64,000 bases of DNA from an uncultured Pelagibacteraceae bacterium (GTDB lineage Bacteria > Pseudomonadota > Alphaproteobacteria > Pelagibacterales > Pelagibacteraceae). Positions 39,926 through 50,719 of this stretch are shown in pieces; position 1 is the stretch's first letter, and the number at the start of each line of letters is the position of its first letter. Both the position numbers and the translations under genes were made by a program. Below the pieces are notes generated by a model. The model saw only the letters and a list, made by a program, of their open reading frames with translations. It was not told the DNA's origin and made no database searches. The stretch spans positions 6,394 to 70,393 of the forward strand of contig CACFJO010000001.1 of NCBI GenBank assembly GCA_902566675.1. The letters run 5' to 3'.

Positions 39926-40858
39926 TTAATTAAATAAATCTGACACTGAATTTGAATTAGCTATTCTTTTAATAGCTTCTGACATTAGTGAGGCAATAGA
40001 TAACACCTCGATTTTATTATTATTCTTTATTTTTTGTACATTTTCAATTGTGTCAGTAATAATCAATTTTTTTATTTTTGAATTCTTTATTTTTTTAACT
40101 GCATCACCACTTAGCACTGCATGAGTAATAAACACGTAAACTTCGTTCGCTCCTTTTTTCTTTAATGCATCGACAGCATTTACTATAGTACCTCCGCTAT
40201 CAATAATATCATCAACAATAATACAAGTTTTATTTTTTACATCACCAATAATGTTCATGACTTCAGATTTACCAGGGGCCGGTCTTCTTTTATCTATAAT
40301 TGCAAGATCTGCTTTGATCCTTGTAGCCAATGCCCTAGTTCTTGCAACCCCACCAACATCAGGTGAAACACAAATTAATTTTTTAGAGCTTAATTTTTTT
40401 TTTATATATTTAGCAAATAGAGGTGCGGTATATAAATTATCTACTGGCATATCAAAAAAACCTTGTATTTGACCTGCATGCAAATCTACAGTTACAACTC
40501 TTGTTGCGCCCGCATTTGAAATTAAGTTTGCAACTACTTTTGCCGAGATAGAAGTCCTTGGAGCAACTTTTCTGTCTTGTCTAGCATAGCCAAAATAGGG
40601 AATTACCGCAGTTATTGTTTTTGCTGAAGATCTTTTGAGGGCATCCATTACTAAAAGTAGTTCCATTAAGTTGTCATTCGCAGGATTAGAAGTTGATTGA
40701 ATAACAAATACGCTATTTCCTCTAATATTCTCATTAATTTCAATGTAGATCTCTCCGTCAGAAAATCTTTTTATATTAGTATTAATCAGCTTTAGTTTTA
40801 AATTTTTAGATATATCTTTGCTAAGCTTAAGATTGCTAGTTCCAGATAATATTTTCAT
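39926..40858 (-). CDS. prs: Ribose-phosphate pyrophosphokinase (likely ATG at 40858)
   Basis: FSDGE, PYFGYARQDRK, DLHAGQIQGFF, SPDVGG, DDIIDSGGT. Confidence 0.97.
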   Translation of the reverse strand: MKILSGTSNLKLSKDISKNLKLKLINTNIKRFSDGEIYIEINENIRGNSVFVIQSTSNPANDNLMELLLVMDALKRSSAKTITAVIPYFGYARQDRKVAPRTSISAKVVANLISNAGATRVVTVDLHAGQIQGFFDMPVDNLYTAPLFAKYIKKKLSSKKLICVSPDVGGVARTRALATRIKADLAIIDKRRPAPGKSEVMNIIGDVKNKTCIIVDDIIDSGGTIVNAVDALKKKGANEVYVFITHAVLSGDAVKKIKNSKIKKLIITDTIENVQKIKNNNKIEVLSIASLMSEAIKRIANSNSVSDLFN

Positions 40859-40906
40859 GAAATATAAATACTTATACAATTATTTTAGTATGTTTTCAAA
40901 TTTAAT

Positions 40907-41659
40907 CTAAATTATCCTTATTACAGATATACACCTTCCATAGTCCCTGTCTTTAAGAATAGTGGACCTCCTATAGCTAAAAAAGTTATTTTTTTCTTTA
41001 AATGTGTCATGATCTACTTGATCAACTATCACCTTCATCTCTAAAAGTTGATCTGTCACAAATTTCCTCAAATTAAACAATTTCTTTTTCTTATTTTTAT
41101 TGATGAAATATTTTTTATATTTTTTTTTTTTCAACACAAATTTTTTAAAAAATTGAAAATCTACTTCATAACTTTCTTTTCCAATACAAGGACCTACGCT
41201 TGCATAAATTTTATTATTAGATTTTAATTTTTTTATTTTAAAGATCGTTTTTTTTATAATACCTGTAAATGCCCCTTTCCATCCCGCGTGGATACAGCCG
41301 ATAATTTTGTTATATTTTTCGTATATTAAAATTGGCACACAGTCTGCAGTAACTACGCCTAAAGCTAATTTAGGAATTTTAGTTATCATAGCATCTGCGT
41401 AAATTTTATTTTTATAATTTTTTTTATTTATTTCTTTAACTTTATTACTGTGTGTTTGATACATTAAAATCAAATTATTTCTTTTTACAGACATTTTTTT
41501 TGAAATTAATTTTAAATTTTTATCAATGTTTATTTTCTTATCTTTTGACCCGCTTCCACAATTTAAACTTTTATAGACCCCACTTGAGAACCCGCCCTTT
41601 CTTGAAAAAAAGCAGTGTTTAATTTCATTAAATTTTCTGAATTTCTTTGAGTAAAACAT
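40907..41659 (-). CDS. pgeF: PgeF/YfiH family purine nucleoside phosphorylase (laccase domain)
   Basis: FFSRKGG.S, QTHS, TADCVP, HAGWKG, GPCI, FFSYRR. Confidence 0.9.
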   Translation of the reverse strand: MFYSKKFRKFNEIKHCFFSRKGGFSSGVYKSLNCGSGSKDKKINIDKNLKLISKKMSVKRNNLILMYQTHSNKVKEINKKNYKNKIYADAMITKIPKLALGVVTADCVPILIYEKYNKIIGCIHAGWKGAFTGIIKKTIFKIKKLKSNNKIYASVGPCIGKESYEVDFQFFKKFVLKKKKYKKYFINKNKKKKLFNLRKFVTDQLLEMKVIVDQVDHDTFKEKNNFFSYRRSTILKDRDYGRCISVIRII

Positions 41660-42738
41660 TATTTAAATCCCAAAAAATCATTTTTTTCTGATTTAAAGGC
41701 AAAAATTACTTTGAATAATTCACCCATTAATTCTCTACGAAGAAGCCTCATTAAAGTAATATACATGTATTCTTTTTGTTTGGTTGTCATTTTTTTCTCA
41801 AGTATTTTTGCTCTTTCAATAATTCCCATTTTCTCAAGAAAAAATTTTTGTGAAACTATATTTTTAACTTTTAGATTATTTTTTAAATAATACTCTTTTA
41901 AAAGGGTAAAATTTACTAAGGAAGTTATGTCAGCTTTTCCAATATTTTTAAATAAATCTTTCATATCCATTTTTTTATTACTTTTAACTGCTTGCAAGGT
42001 ACTGCCTTTTATACTTTTTATATATCCATAATCTATTAACAAAATTCCTCCAGATAAATTTTTAATTTTTTTTATAATATTATCCATTTCAGCAAGTCCC
42101 ATTTTTGGAAATTCAAAAAACTTTAATCCCTTCAATGTTTTGAATGATTTAATTTTTTCAGTATCCCTTTTATCTGATTTTTTGTATGACTCCTTCACTT
42201 TAGAGTTTGGACTAATTGAGTAAAACTTTTCCATGAATGATTTATCTTTGTACAAAAACTGTTTTACTGGAATTGCATCAAAGAATTCGTTACCAAAAAA
42301 AATTATAGGACCTGTTTTTATTTGATTAAAATTTTTAGTCCATTTAACACGATAATTTTTTAATTTTTGTTTTTGAATTTTTATAAGAAAATTACTTTTT
42401 TCATACAAAAAAATATTTATAGCTTTATTGAAATTAGGAAATTTTTTAAATGTTTCAACTAAAACTTTTGCAAGGCTTCCATCACCGGGTCCAAGTTCTA
42501 CAAAATTAAATTTTTTTGGTTTACCTAATTTTTCCCAAGTTGAAATAACCCAAACCGCAATTATTTCTGAGAACAAGTTTGATATTGTTGGTGCAGTAAC
42601 GAAATCACCCTTTTTACCGAATGGAATTTTTATATTATAATATCCTTTATTAGGTTCATAAAGAGCGTTCTCAATAAACTCATCAACAGGTATAGGTTTT
42701 TCAAATTTAAATTTACGGTTAATTGAGTTACTAGACAT
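41659..42738 (-). CDS. SAM-dependent methyltransferase, MidA/NDUFAF7 family
   Basis: GYY, GDFVTAP.IS, ELGPG.G, NEFFDAIP, IDYG, DIT..VNF, MGELFK. Confidence 0.9.
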   Translation of the reverse strand: MSSNSINRKFKFEKPIPVDEFIENALYEPNKGYYNIKIPFGKKGDFVTAPTISNLFSEIIAVWVISTWEKLGKPKKFNFVELGPGDGSLAKVLVETFKKFPNFNKAINIFLYEKSNFLIKIQKQKLKNYRVKWTKNFNQIKTGPIIFFGNEFFDAIPVKQFLYKDKSFMEKFYSISPNSKVKESYKKSDKRDTEKIKSFKTLKGLKFFEFPKMGLAEMDNIIKKIKNLSGGILLIDYGYIKSIKGSTLQAVKSNKKMDMKDLFKNIGKADITSLVNFTLLKEYYLKNNLKVKNIVSQKFFLEKMGIIERAKILEKKMTTKQKEYMYITLMRLLRRELMGELFKVIFAFKSEKNDFLGFK

Positions 42739-43513
42739 TTTTTTTTAAATAAATAATTGCCCCAAAAAAAATCATAATTGTACTTAAGAGCATTCCCATA
42801 CTCAAAAATCCAAAAAGATAACCAATTTGAATATCGGGTTGTCTAAAAAATTCTGAAATAATTCTAAAAAATCCATAAAATATTAAAAACATTAATGAAC
42901 AATTTCCGACTTTGTAGCTCTTTTTAAAAAAAATGAAATTCAATATAAAAAATAATAACAATCCTTCTAAAAAGGCCTCATATAATTGGGAAGGGTGTCT
43001 GACTTCATTATCAAATTTTGGAAAAATTACTCCCCAATAAACATTTGTAGTTTTACCTATTAGCTCCCCATTTATAAAATTTGCAATTCGACCTAAAAAA
43101 ATTCCTATAGGCGATACACAGGCAATAATATCTAAAAGAAAAAAAGTTTTTACATTTTTTCTCCTTGAATAAATATAAGTTCCAATGATTACCCCTAGCA
43201 AAGCTCCATGGAAAGACATACCTCCTTCCCATATTTTGAAAATTTCAACAAGATTTTCGTAATAATAACTAGGATTATAAAAGAGAACATAACCAACTCT
43301 TCCACCAATAACTATTGAGATAATGATATATGTAATTAGTTCATCAAAAATTTTTACATCTGTTTTGGCTCTTTCAGCATCAAATTTCTTAAGTATTATT
43401 TTGTTTCCATACCACCAACCGATCAATATTCCAAAAATATAGGCTAGTGAATACCATCTTATAGATAAAATCCCAAAATTAATTATTACAGGGTCCAAGT
43501 TATGAATAAACAT
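42731..43513 (-). CDS. lgt: Prolipoprotein diacylglyceryl transferase
   Basis: IRWYSLAY, GGR.GYVLFY, WEGGMSFHG, GRIANFINGEL, RHPSQLYE. Confidence 0.96.
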   Translation of the reverse strand: MFIHNLDPVIINFGILSIRWYSLAYIFGILIGWWYGNKIILKKFDAERAKTDVKIFDELITYIIISIVIGGRVGYVLFYNPSYYYENLVEIFKIWEGGMSFHGALLGVIIGTYIYSRRKNVKTFFLLDIIACVSPIGIFLGRIANFINGELIGKTTNVYWGVIFPKFDNEVRHPSQLYEAFLEGLLLFFILNFIFFKKSYKVGNCSLMFLIFYGFFRIISEFFRQPDIQIGYLFGFLSMGMLLSTIMIFFGAIIYLKKNV

Positions 43514-43530
43514 ATTTTCTTATATCATAT

Positions 43531-43559
43531 TTGAAATTAATATTTCTATCAAATAAGAT
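43531..43559 (+). promoter_or_regulatory. sigma70 promoter for a probably leaderless ubiK-like gene
   Basis: TTGAAA(43531-43536)-N17-TAAGAT(43554-43559), ending 5 nt before ATG 43565. Confidence 0.55.
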
Positions 43560-43564
43560 GAGAT

Positions 43565-43798
43565 ATGAAAAATTCAGAAAAAATCTTGAAAACAATTTCA
43601 AGTTTAATTGAAAATGGAATTTTAAGTTCAAAGGATCTCAGAAAAGAATTATCTACTGATCTAAAATTTAAAAAAGATCAATTAATCAATAAACTTAACT
43701 TGGTTTCAAGAGAAGAGTTTGAAGTTTTAAAAAGAATTGTTCAAAAACAAGATAAAATAATAAAAGAATTAAAAAAAAAAAAAAATTCAAAAAGGTAA
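43565..43798 (+). CDS. UbiK/BMFP (YqiC)-like accessory coiled-coil protein
   Basis: KLNLVSREEFEVLK motif; divergent from lgt as in other alphaproteobacteria. Confidence 0.75.
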   Translation: MKNSEKILKTISSLIENGILSSKDLRKELSTDLKFKKDQLINKLNLVSREEFEVLKRIVQKQDKIIKELKKKKNSKR

Positions 43799-45103
43799 GG
43801 AAATCTTAACTTGTAATCCACCTAATTGACTTTTTCCTAGTTGAATATTGCCTCCATGTGAATTGATAATGTCTTCAACAATAGCAAGACCTAGACCTAC
43901 TCCAGACTGATTTAAACTTCTGCTTTTATCAAGTCTAAAAAATGGTTTGAAAACATTCTTATATTGATCTTCAGGTATTCCAGGACCATCGTCCTCGATA
44001 AGAATTAGACCACGGTTTGAACTTTTTTTGACAGTTACTAATACCTTTTTCCCATAAGTTAAACCATTTTGAATTATATTTTCTAAAGATCTTTTTAAAG
44101 CTACAGGTCTTCCTTTGAGAGTAATATTATCTTGAAAAGATATGTCCAAATTTTTATTATCTAAATTTTGACTAAGTTCTTTTATTAGATTTGTTAATTC
44201 AATCGAGGTTGTTGACTCTTTAGATTGAGTTTTTGCAAATTGAAGATAATCGTTTAGCATCCTTTCCATTTCATCAATATCTTTAGACATTCTTGTGCTT
44301 ATATCTTTTTGAGTTAGCATAGCTAATTGAAGTTTTAATCTTGTTAAAGGTGTTCTTAAATCGTGGCTAATACCAGACAACATTTCGGATCGTTGATTCA
44401 AGTGTCTGTTTATTCTTTTTGCCATTCTATCAAATTCATAAGCAGCTTTTCTTATCTCTTGTGCTCCTGAAGGTCTAAAGTCATTGACGTAATCTCCTTT
44501 TCCAAATCTTTCTGCTGCTTTAGCTAATTTTACCAAAGGTCTTGTTTGATTCTTAAGAAAAATTAAAGCTATAACAATTAAAAGTATTGAGGGAAGTGTT
44601 GTCCATAAAACAAATAATCTTACTGAAGATGCTGAGACCATCTCTTTTGGCACCAAAAATTCTATTATTTCATTTTTAGATTTAATCTTTATTTCAACAG
44701 CATTTTTAAATTTAGATGTGCTGAACCAGTAATTGTTGTTACCAAATGTTGACTTTAATTCCCTTCTTAGCGCTCTATCCATTGGACTAAATTTTCTTTC
44801 TCCAGAGATGCTAGGAAATTGATTTTGATTAATTCCTATTTCAAAATTAAAATTATTTTTATAACTATCTGTAAAAAAATCTAAATTTTTCTTATCGTTT
44901 TGATAAACCTCTTCTATTGTTTTCAATTGTGTTACTAAAGCCCTAGTTGAATTTTTATTTGCTTTGATCCAAATACTGTCATAAAAAACAATTGTTATTA
45001 TTAATTGTAAAATAATTGTTGGTGCAGCAACAATTATTAAAGCTCTATAAAATAGTCTTTTTGGCAAAATAATTTTTAAAAATTTATTCAATCCAGAGAA
45101 CAT
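43787..45103 (-). CDS. EnvZ-like sensor histidine kinase (likely ATG at 45103)
   Basis: Two TMs, HAMP, H-box SHDLRTPLTR, EDDGPGI, F.PFFR, GLGLAIV. Confidence 0.92.
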   Translation of the reverse strand: MFSGLNKFLKIILPKRLFYRALIIVAAPTIILQLIITIVFYDSIWIKANKNSTRALVTQLKTIEEVYQNDKKNLDFFTDSYKNNFNFEIGINQNQFPSISGERKFSPMDRALRRELKSTFGNNNYWFSTSKFKNAVEIKIKSKNEIIEFLVPKEMVSASSVRLFVLWTTLPSILLIVIALIFLKNQTRPLVKLAKAAERFGKGDYVNDFRPSGAQEIRKAAYEFDRMAKRINRHLNQRSEMLSGISHDLRTPLTRLKLQLAMLTQKDISTRMSKDIDEMERMLNDYLQFAKTQSKESTTSIELTNLIKELSQNLDNKNLDISFQDNITLKGRPVALKRSLENIIQNGLTYGKKVLVTVKKSSNRGLILIEDDGPGIPEDQYKNVFKPFFRLDKSRSLNQSGVGLGLAIVEDIINSHGGNIQLGKSQLGGLQVKISLPF

Positions 45104-45761
45104 AGCCTTCACCTCTTATAGTTTGTAAATATTTAGGATTTTTGGGATTTGTCTCGAACTTCTGTCTCAATCTTGTTATCATGACATCAATTGACCTTTC
45201 TTGATTTATTCCAGAAATTTTACTAATTTCCTCTCGAGAAAAAGTTTTCCCAGGATTAGAAAGCATTTCTACTAATACTTTTTTTTCGGAATTATTTATT
45301 TTTTTATTTTTTTCTTTGAAAGAAATTGTCATTCTGTTTAAATCAACTTTAGCATTACCGATAGTGTGTTTATATCCAAGATTAATTTTGGTGTTATTCT
45401 TTAAAATATTTCTTATTCTTAAGAGTAATTCTTTAGGCTCAAAAGGTTTACTAATATAATCCTCAGCACCTATTTCTAAACCTTTAATTCTATTTTCTAC
45501 TTCTCCTTTTGCGGTTAGCAGGATTATAGGGACTTTTTCACTTTTTTTAATATCTTTTGTTAGTTCATATCCATTTTTTCCAGGCATCATCACATCTAAT
45601 ATAAGAATATCAAACTTTATATATTCAAGCTTTGTTTTAGCTTGATCTGCATTTTCAGCTGTTGAGACAATATAATTATTTCTAGAAAGGAAATCTTTTA
45701 GTAGACTCCTAATACCATCATCATCGTCAACAACTAAAATATGTAATTTATTATTTTCCAT
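45084..45761 (-). CDS. OmpR-family response regulator (PetR-like)
   Basis: VVDDD, LDVMMPG, LLTA, KPF, RSIDV.ITRLRQK, QTIRGEGY. Confidence 0.92.
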   Translation of the reverse strand: MENNKLHILVVDDDDGIRSLLKDFLSRNNYIVSTAENADQAKTKLEYIKFDILILDVMMPGKNGYELTKDIKKSEKVPIILLTAKGEVENRIKGLEIGAEDYISKPFEPKELLLRIRNILKNNTKINLGYKHTIGNAKVDLNRMTISFKEKNKKINNSEKKVLVEMLSNPGKTFSREEISKISGINQERSIDVMITRLRQKFETNPKNPKYLQTIRGEGYVLWIE

Positions 45762-46191
45762 CTATAATTTTTTTTAACACATTTTTAAACTTAATGACCG
45801 AGTCAGAACTTGAACTTTTTAAAGCATTAAATATTCTTTTTTTTTGAGAAGAATACACCAAGTCAAAAAATATTTTTCCTTCTTTATCTAAAAATAAGTT
45901 TTTCTTTCTTGTATCATTTTCGTCTTGTATTTGCTTTATCATTTTAGAATTTATCAAATCCCGCAAAACTCTATTCAAACTTTGTTTTGTTACTTTCAAT
46001 TTAAATATCAACTCTCCTAAATTTATACCAGGATTTCTCTCAATTAAGTGCAAAGCTCTTAAATGAGCTGGACCAAAAAATTTTTTTGATAAAATTTCTC
46101 TTGGATCTGAAAAGGTCTCTCTATAGGCATAATAAAGCAATTGAATAAACTCTTTTATTTGATCATCTTTTAAATAAAGTAAATCTTTCAT
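45751..46191 (-). CDS. MarR-family regulator (PetP-like)
   Basis: G.AH.RALH.I...PG, L.VTKQSLNRVL; MarR-OmpR-EnvZ cluster divergent from ilvE. Confidence 0.85.
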   Translation of the reverse strand: MKDLLYLKDDQIKEFIQLLYYAYRETFSDPREILSKKFFGPAHLRALHLIERNPGINLGELIFKLKVTKQSLNRVLRDLINSKMIKQIQDENDTRKKNLFLDKEGKIFFDLVYSSQKKRIFNALKSSSSDSVIKFKNVLKKIIDGK

Positions 46192-46196
46192 AATGG

Positions 46197-46234
46197 TAAG
46201 TTATATTGACTTATCCTTATTTGGAATATACTTT
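46197..46234. promoter_or_regulatory. Candidate MarR operator overlapping the ilvE promoter
   Basis: TAAGTTA-TAT-TGACTTA (46197-46213, 6/7 palindrome) overlapping TTGACT(46206-46211)-N17-TACTTT(46229-46234). Confidence 0.45.
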
Positions 46235-46267
46235 TTAAAAAAAAAAAAATCTATATATTTAAGTTAA

Positions 46268-47155
46268 ATGGAAAATATACCTTACGATAAGAGATCAGGA
46301 AAAATTTGGTTTAATGGAAAAACTGTTGAATGGAAAGATGCAAATATTCACATCTTAAACCACGGTCTTCACTATGCAAGTTGTGTTTTTGAGGGCGAGA
46401 GAGTTTACGATGGTGAAATATTTAGGCTTGAAGAGCACACTGAGAGATTATTTTATTCCGCAAAAAGAATGGGAATAAAAGTTCCTTATTCTCAAAAAGA
46501 GATAAACGATGCTTGTAAGAATATAGTCCATATTCAAAAAGTAAAAAATGGCTATGTAAGACCTCTAATATGGAGAGGTAGTGAAATGATGGCTATCTCT
46601 GCACAAAAAAATAAAATTCATGTTGCGGTCGCGACTTGGGAATGGGGATCTTATTTTGATCCAAAATTAAAACTGAATGGAATAAAACTAAATATTTCTA
46701 GCTGGAGAAGACCTGCACCTAATACAATTCCTTGGGATACCAAAGCAGCTGGTTTATATATGATTTGTACTTTATCAAAACATGAGGCAGAGGCTGAAGG
46801 TTTTACAGACTCTTTGATGTTAGATCATGAGGGTAATATCGCAGAGGCCACAGGTGCAAATGTATTTTTTAAAAGCAAAAATGAGGATCTCCATACACCA
46901 GTGCCAGACTCTTTTCTCGATGGTATTACGAGACGCGAAGTAATAAAAATTGCAAAGTCCAAAGGAATAAATGTAATTGAAAGAAAAATAAAGCCAGAAG
47001 AAATGAGAGAATTTGTTGGGTGTTTTTTGACAGGTACCGCTGCAGAAGTTACACCAGTTTCTCAAATTAATGAATACAAATTCAAAGTATGTAACTTAAT
47101 TTCTAGTTTAAATGATGATTATCAAAAATTAGTTAGAAAAGATACTGCCGCTTAG
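46268..47155 (+). CDS. ilvE: Branched-chain amino acid aminotransferase
   Basis: HGLHYASCVFEG.R.Y, YVRP, KAAGLY, EATGANVF, LDGITR, TGTAAEVTPV. Confidence 0.94.
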   Translation: MENIPYDKRSGKIWFNGKTVEWKDANIHILNHGLHYASCVFEGERVYDGEIFRLEEHTERLFYSAKRMGIKVPYSQKEINDACKNIVHIQKVKNGYVRPLIWRGSEMMAISAQKNKIHVAVATWEWGSYFDPKLKLNGIKLNISSWRRPAPNTIPWDTKAAGLYMICTLSKHEAEAEGFTDSLMLDHEGNIAEATGANVFFKSKNEDLHTPVPDSFLDGITRREVIKIAKSKGINVIERKIKPEEMREFVGCFLTGTAAEVTPVSQINEYKFKVCNLISSLNDDYQKLVRKDTAA

Positions 47156-47736
47156 TCTTTGCTATCTTCATTTATCGCATGATCAATACCCTTTCTAAGA
47201 TAATCGTAACCTGTGTATAGTGTCAAAAAAGCGGATAACCATAATAAAATGATTCCTACTGTTTGTGCGTTATAATCTTGAAAATTTATAATTTTATTTC
47301 CAATATCTCCAGTAAGTAGAATTGCAATTGATGTCATTTGAATAAAAGTTTTCATTTTTGCTAAGCTTGTTACTTGCATTGTAATTTTTCCTTTTGCTAA
47401 AAATTCTCTTAAACCTGATACCAAGATCTCTCTGGTTAAAATAATTACTGCAGCTATGACCTCATAGTTTTTTATTGTTCCATTCATTACAAGCAAAATT
47501 AGTGCGGCGGCAACAAGAATTTTGTCTGCTATGGGATCTAAAAGTTCTCCTAACTTAGACTCTTCTTTAAAAAATCTTGCTAATAAACCATCTAAATAAT
47601 CTGTAAAACTTGCTAAAACAAACAAAAAAAATGGTATCAAATCTCCAAAAAAACCAGGAATAAAAAAAGTAACTACAAAAATTGGAACAATTATAATCCT
47701 ACCTATAGTAAGTATGTTTGGTATTTTTAATTTCAT
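47152..47736 (-). CDS. pgsA: CDP-diacylglycerol--glycerol-3-phosphate 3-phosphatidyltransferase
   Basis: PNILT..R, TDYLDGLLAR, G.LLDPIADK, REILVSGLRE. Confidence 0.95.
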   Translation of the reverse strand: MKLKIPNILTIGRIIIVPIFVVTFFIPGFFGDLIPFFLFVLASFTDYLDGLLARFFKEESKLGELLDPIADKILVAAALILLVMNGTIKNYEVIAAVIILTREILVSGLREFLAKGKITMQVTSLAKMKTFIQMTSIAILLTGDIGNKIINFQDYNAQTVGIILLWLSAFLTLYTGYDYLRKGIDHAINEDSKD

Positions 47737-49575
47737 TTATTCGTGAAAATAATCATATATTTTCTTTGCTATATTGTCTTCTATTCCTTCCACAGATTTT
47801 AAATCATCAAAGCTTGCAGACTCAACAGCGCGCGCAGAACCAAAATGATTTAATAAAGCTCTTTTTCTTTGTTTTCCAATCCCTTGGATTTGATCTAACA
47901 AAGATTTGCTTAGGTTTTTCTTTCTTTTAGCTCTGTGAGTGCTTATCGCAAATCTATGAGCCTCATCTCTGAGTCTTTGTATAAAAAATAACAATGGATC
48001 ATTTTTTTCTAAAATATACTCTTTATTGTCATAATAGATTTTTTCCTCTCCAGCATTTCTTTTTTTACCCTTTGCCACTGCTAAAATTGGCAAATCATGC
48101 AGTCCTAACTCATTTAGAACTTCTCTAGAAACAGAGTACTGTCCTTTTCCACCGTCAATCATTATTAGATCTGGTAATGACAGTGAGCCAGATTTTTCTT
48201 TAATTGCTTTTGAAAATCTTCTAAATAAAACTTCTTTCATCATGCCATAGTCATCATTTTTTATTTTTTCATCTTTAATATTGAATTTCCTATATCTTTT
48301 CTTCACGAAGCCCTCATTACTGAAACAAATTACTGACCCTACTGAGTCAGTTCCTTGAATGTGGCTATTATCGTAAACTTCTATCAATTCAATATTGTTA
48401 TTAATATTGAATTTAGATGCTAATTCCTCAATAAGATTATTGTTAGTATCAGATTGAATGAGTTTTTGTTTTAAAGATTGTTTTGCATTTTTCTCTGCAA
48501 GATTAGAAATACTTATCTCATTTTTACTTTTAGCTAGCTTAATAATGATATCTTTTTTATCCTTCTCAGAGAATGTTTTCTCAATAAGTTTTTTGTCTTT
48601 GACTTCACAGTTAGTTAATATGAGTCTAGGAATCGTTTTGTTCTCATAAAATTGAGATATAAAAGAACATAGTATATCCTCTATACTATCATCCGGATCG
48701 TGTTTTGGATAGAAAGCTTGATTGCCCCAGTTTTGTTTTGACCTGAAAAAAAACACTTGGACACATGTTTTTCCTGTTTCTTTATAAATACTAATAACAT
48801 CAGCTTCTGTTAAGTTTGTTTGATTTATTTTTTGAGAAGTTTGGATTTGAGTTAATGCTTTTATTCTGTCTCTAGCTACGGCAGCTTTTTCGTAATCTAA
48901 TTCTTTACTAGCTTTTTCCATTTCTTTGGATAAATTTTTTTGAATTCTTCTAGATTTACCAGAAATAAAATCAATAGCGTCGGTTACCGTAGCCTCGTAA
49001 TCTTTTTCATTTATATGTCCAACACACGGGGCTGAGCATCTTTTAATTTGGTAAAGGATACACGGCCTCTCTCTATTTTTAAAAACGGTGTCATCACAAA
49101 CACGTAAAAGAAAAATTTTTTGTAAAATTTTTATTGTCCAATTAGCAGATCCGATTGATGCAAAAGGACCAAAATAGTATCCTGTTTTTGATTTTTTCCC
49201 TCTTAATTTTGTAAGTTGTGGCCACTTATCTTTATTACCAATATAAATATAAGGAAAAGACTTGTCATCACGCAAAAGAATGTTGTAACGAGGTTTATGT
49301 TTTTTTATTAAATTTGCTTCTAATAGAAGAGCCTCGCTCTCATTACTTGTGCTAGTAGTTTCAAGGTTGTGTGTGAGTGAGAGCATTCTCTCAGTTCTAA
49401 TTGGAAGATTTGATTCAGTTACATAACTTTTAAGTCTATTTGGTATGTTTTTAGCTTTCCCAATATAAAGGATTTCACCAGTGGAACTAATCATTTTATA
49501 AACCCCAGGGTTTTTTGGTATTAGCGGTATTTTTTCCTTAATTACTTTTTTTCCTAACTCTAAACTATTCATCAT
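47737..49575 (-). CDS. uvrC: Excinuclease ABC subunit C
   Basis: GIY-YIG PGVY...[27 protein letters not shown]-terminal HhH. Confidence 0.97.
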   Translation of the reverse strand: MMNSLELGKKVIKEKIPLIPKNPGVYKMISSTGEILYIGKAKNIPNRLKSYVTESNLPIRTERMLSLTHNLETTSTSNESEALLLEANLIKKHKPRYNILLRDDKSFPYIYIGNKDKWPQLTKLRGKKSKTGYYFGPFASIGSANWTIKILQKIFLLRVCDDTVFKNRERPCILYQIKRCSAPCVGHINEKDYEATVTDAIDFISGKSRRIQKNLSKEMEKASKELDYEKAAVARDRIKALTQIQTSQKINQTNLTEADVISIYKETGKTCVQVFFFRSKQNWGNQAFYPKHDPDDSIEDILCSFISQFYENKTIPRLILTNCEVKDKKLIEKTFSEKDKKDIIIKLAKSKNEISISNLAEKNAKQSLKQKLIQSDTNNNLIEELASKFNINNNIELIEVYDNSHIQGTDSVGSVICFSNEGFVKKRYRKFNIKDEKIKNDDYGMMKEVLFRRFSKAIKEKSGSLSLPDLIMIDGGKGQYSVSREVLNELGLHDLPILAVAKGKKRNAGEEKIYYDNKEYILEKNDPLLFFIQRLRDEAHRFAISTHRAKRKKNLSKSLLDQIQGIGKQRKRALLNHFGSARAVESASFDDLKSVEGIEDNIAKKIYDYFHE

Positions 49576-49967
49576 ACTTTTGATTTTGATACTTCGATAC
49601 CAACAGATTTAGTTTTTTTCAAGATATCCAACTTCTCTATCTTAAGATTTATCTTTTTAACAAGTTTATTTTTAAATATCATATTAAAAATATTTTCTGC
49701 TAGATCTTCGAGTAGCTCGTGATGTCTTAAATATGAAATTTTTTCAATTTTACCAACAATTTCTTCATAATTCAGTATTGAATTTAAATCTTTACTATTA
49801 GGAAGTACATATGGATTAGTTAAAATTTCAATATTAAATTTTACTCTTTGCTTCTTTTTTTTTTCAAAATTATGTATCCCTATCGAAATATTCAAAATTA
49901 AATCTTTTATAATTACTTTTCTTTTATATTTAAATTTTTCTCTCTTTTTGAATTTAATTATTTTCAT
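49572..49967 (-). CDS. folB: Dihydroneopterin aldolase
   Basis: IG....E....Q....[20 protein letters not shown]-fold pattern. Confidence 0.82.
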   Translation of the reverse strand: MKIIKFKKREKFKYKRKVIIKDLILNISIGIHNFEKKKKQRVKFNIEILTNPYVLPNSKDLNSILNYEEIVGKIEKISYLRHHELLEDLAENIFNMIFKNKLVKKINLKIEKLDILKKTKSVGIEVSKSKV

Positions 49968-50719
49968 TCTTTTGTATTAATAATATCTGGTGTTTGCCAG
50001 GCAAGTCTTTGCCCGCTATCGATATTTATTATTTCTCCTGTTATACTTTTATTTTCAATAAAAAACCTTACCCCGTTACATATGTTATCTAGGTCTACTT
50101 TTTTCCTTAAGAGTGTAGATTTCCATTGTTTTTTGAAATGCGCTTCGGATTGTCTTTTGTTTTTTAAAGTTGGCCCAGGTGAGATACCATTGACTCTTAT
50201 ATTAGGTGCTAATTTCATTGCCGATGTTTTTGTAAAAGTGGCCAATGAAGATTTACTTAGAGTGTAAGAGAAAAAAAAAGGAGTTAATTTTTCAACTCTT
50301 TGATCAATAATATTAATGATACATCCCTCTTTGTTTTTAATTAATTTTTTAAAATTTTGCGTTAAGATTGCTGGTGCTTTTAAGTTGATATTTATATGTT
50401 TTGTAAAGGATTTTTCAGAAAAATTTTCAAGATTATCGTTTTCAAAAATAGATGCATTATTAATTAAACAATCTAATCCTTTCAGAGTTTTATAAGCTTT
50501 TTTTATTAAAGTTTCGGTTTGTTTAAGATTATTTAAATCAGCTTTGAACAAATATGCTTCAGCACCAAGTTCTTCTAATTCTTTTTTTAATTTTAAGGCG
50601 CTACTTTTAGATTTATTATAGTGAATACCTATTTTTGTTTGAAAGTTAACTAAACTCTTTGCGATTGCAGAGCCTATTCTAGTAGCTGCACCAGTGATTA
50701 TTATTTTTTTGGCTTCCAT
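49964..50719 (-). CDS. SDR oxidoreductase, pteridine reductase/FolM-like
   Basis: [39 protein letters not shown]. Confidence 0.82.
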   Translation of the reverse strand: MEAKKIIITGAATRIGSAIAKSLVNFQTKIGIHYNKSKSSALKLKKELEELGAEAYLFKADLNNLKQTETLIKKAYKTLKGLDCLINNASIFENDNLENFSEKSFTKHININLKAPAILTQNFKKLIKNKEGCIINIIDQRVEKLTPFFFSYTLSKSSLATFTKTSAMKLAPNIRVNGISPGPTLKNKRQSEAHFKKQWKSTLLRKKVDLDNICNGVRFFIENKSITGEIINIDSGQRLAWQTPDIINTKE

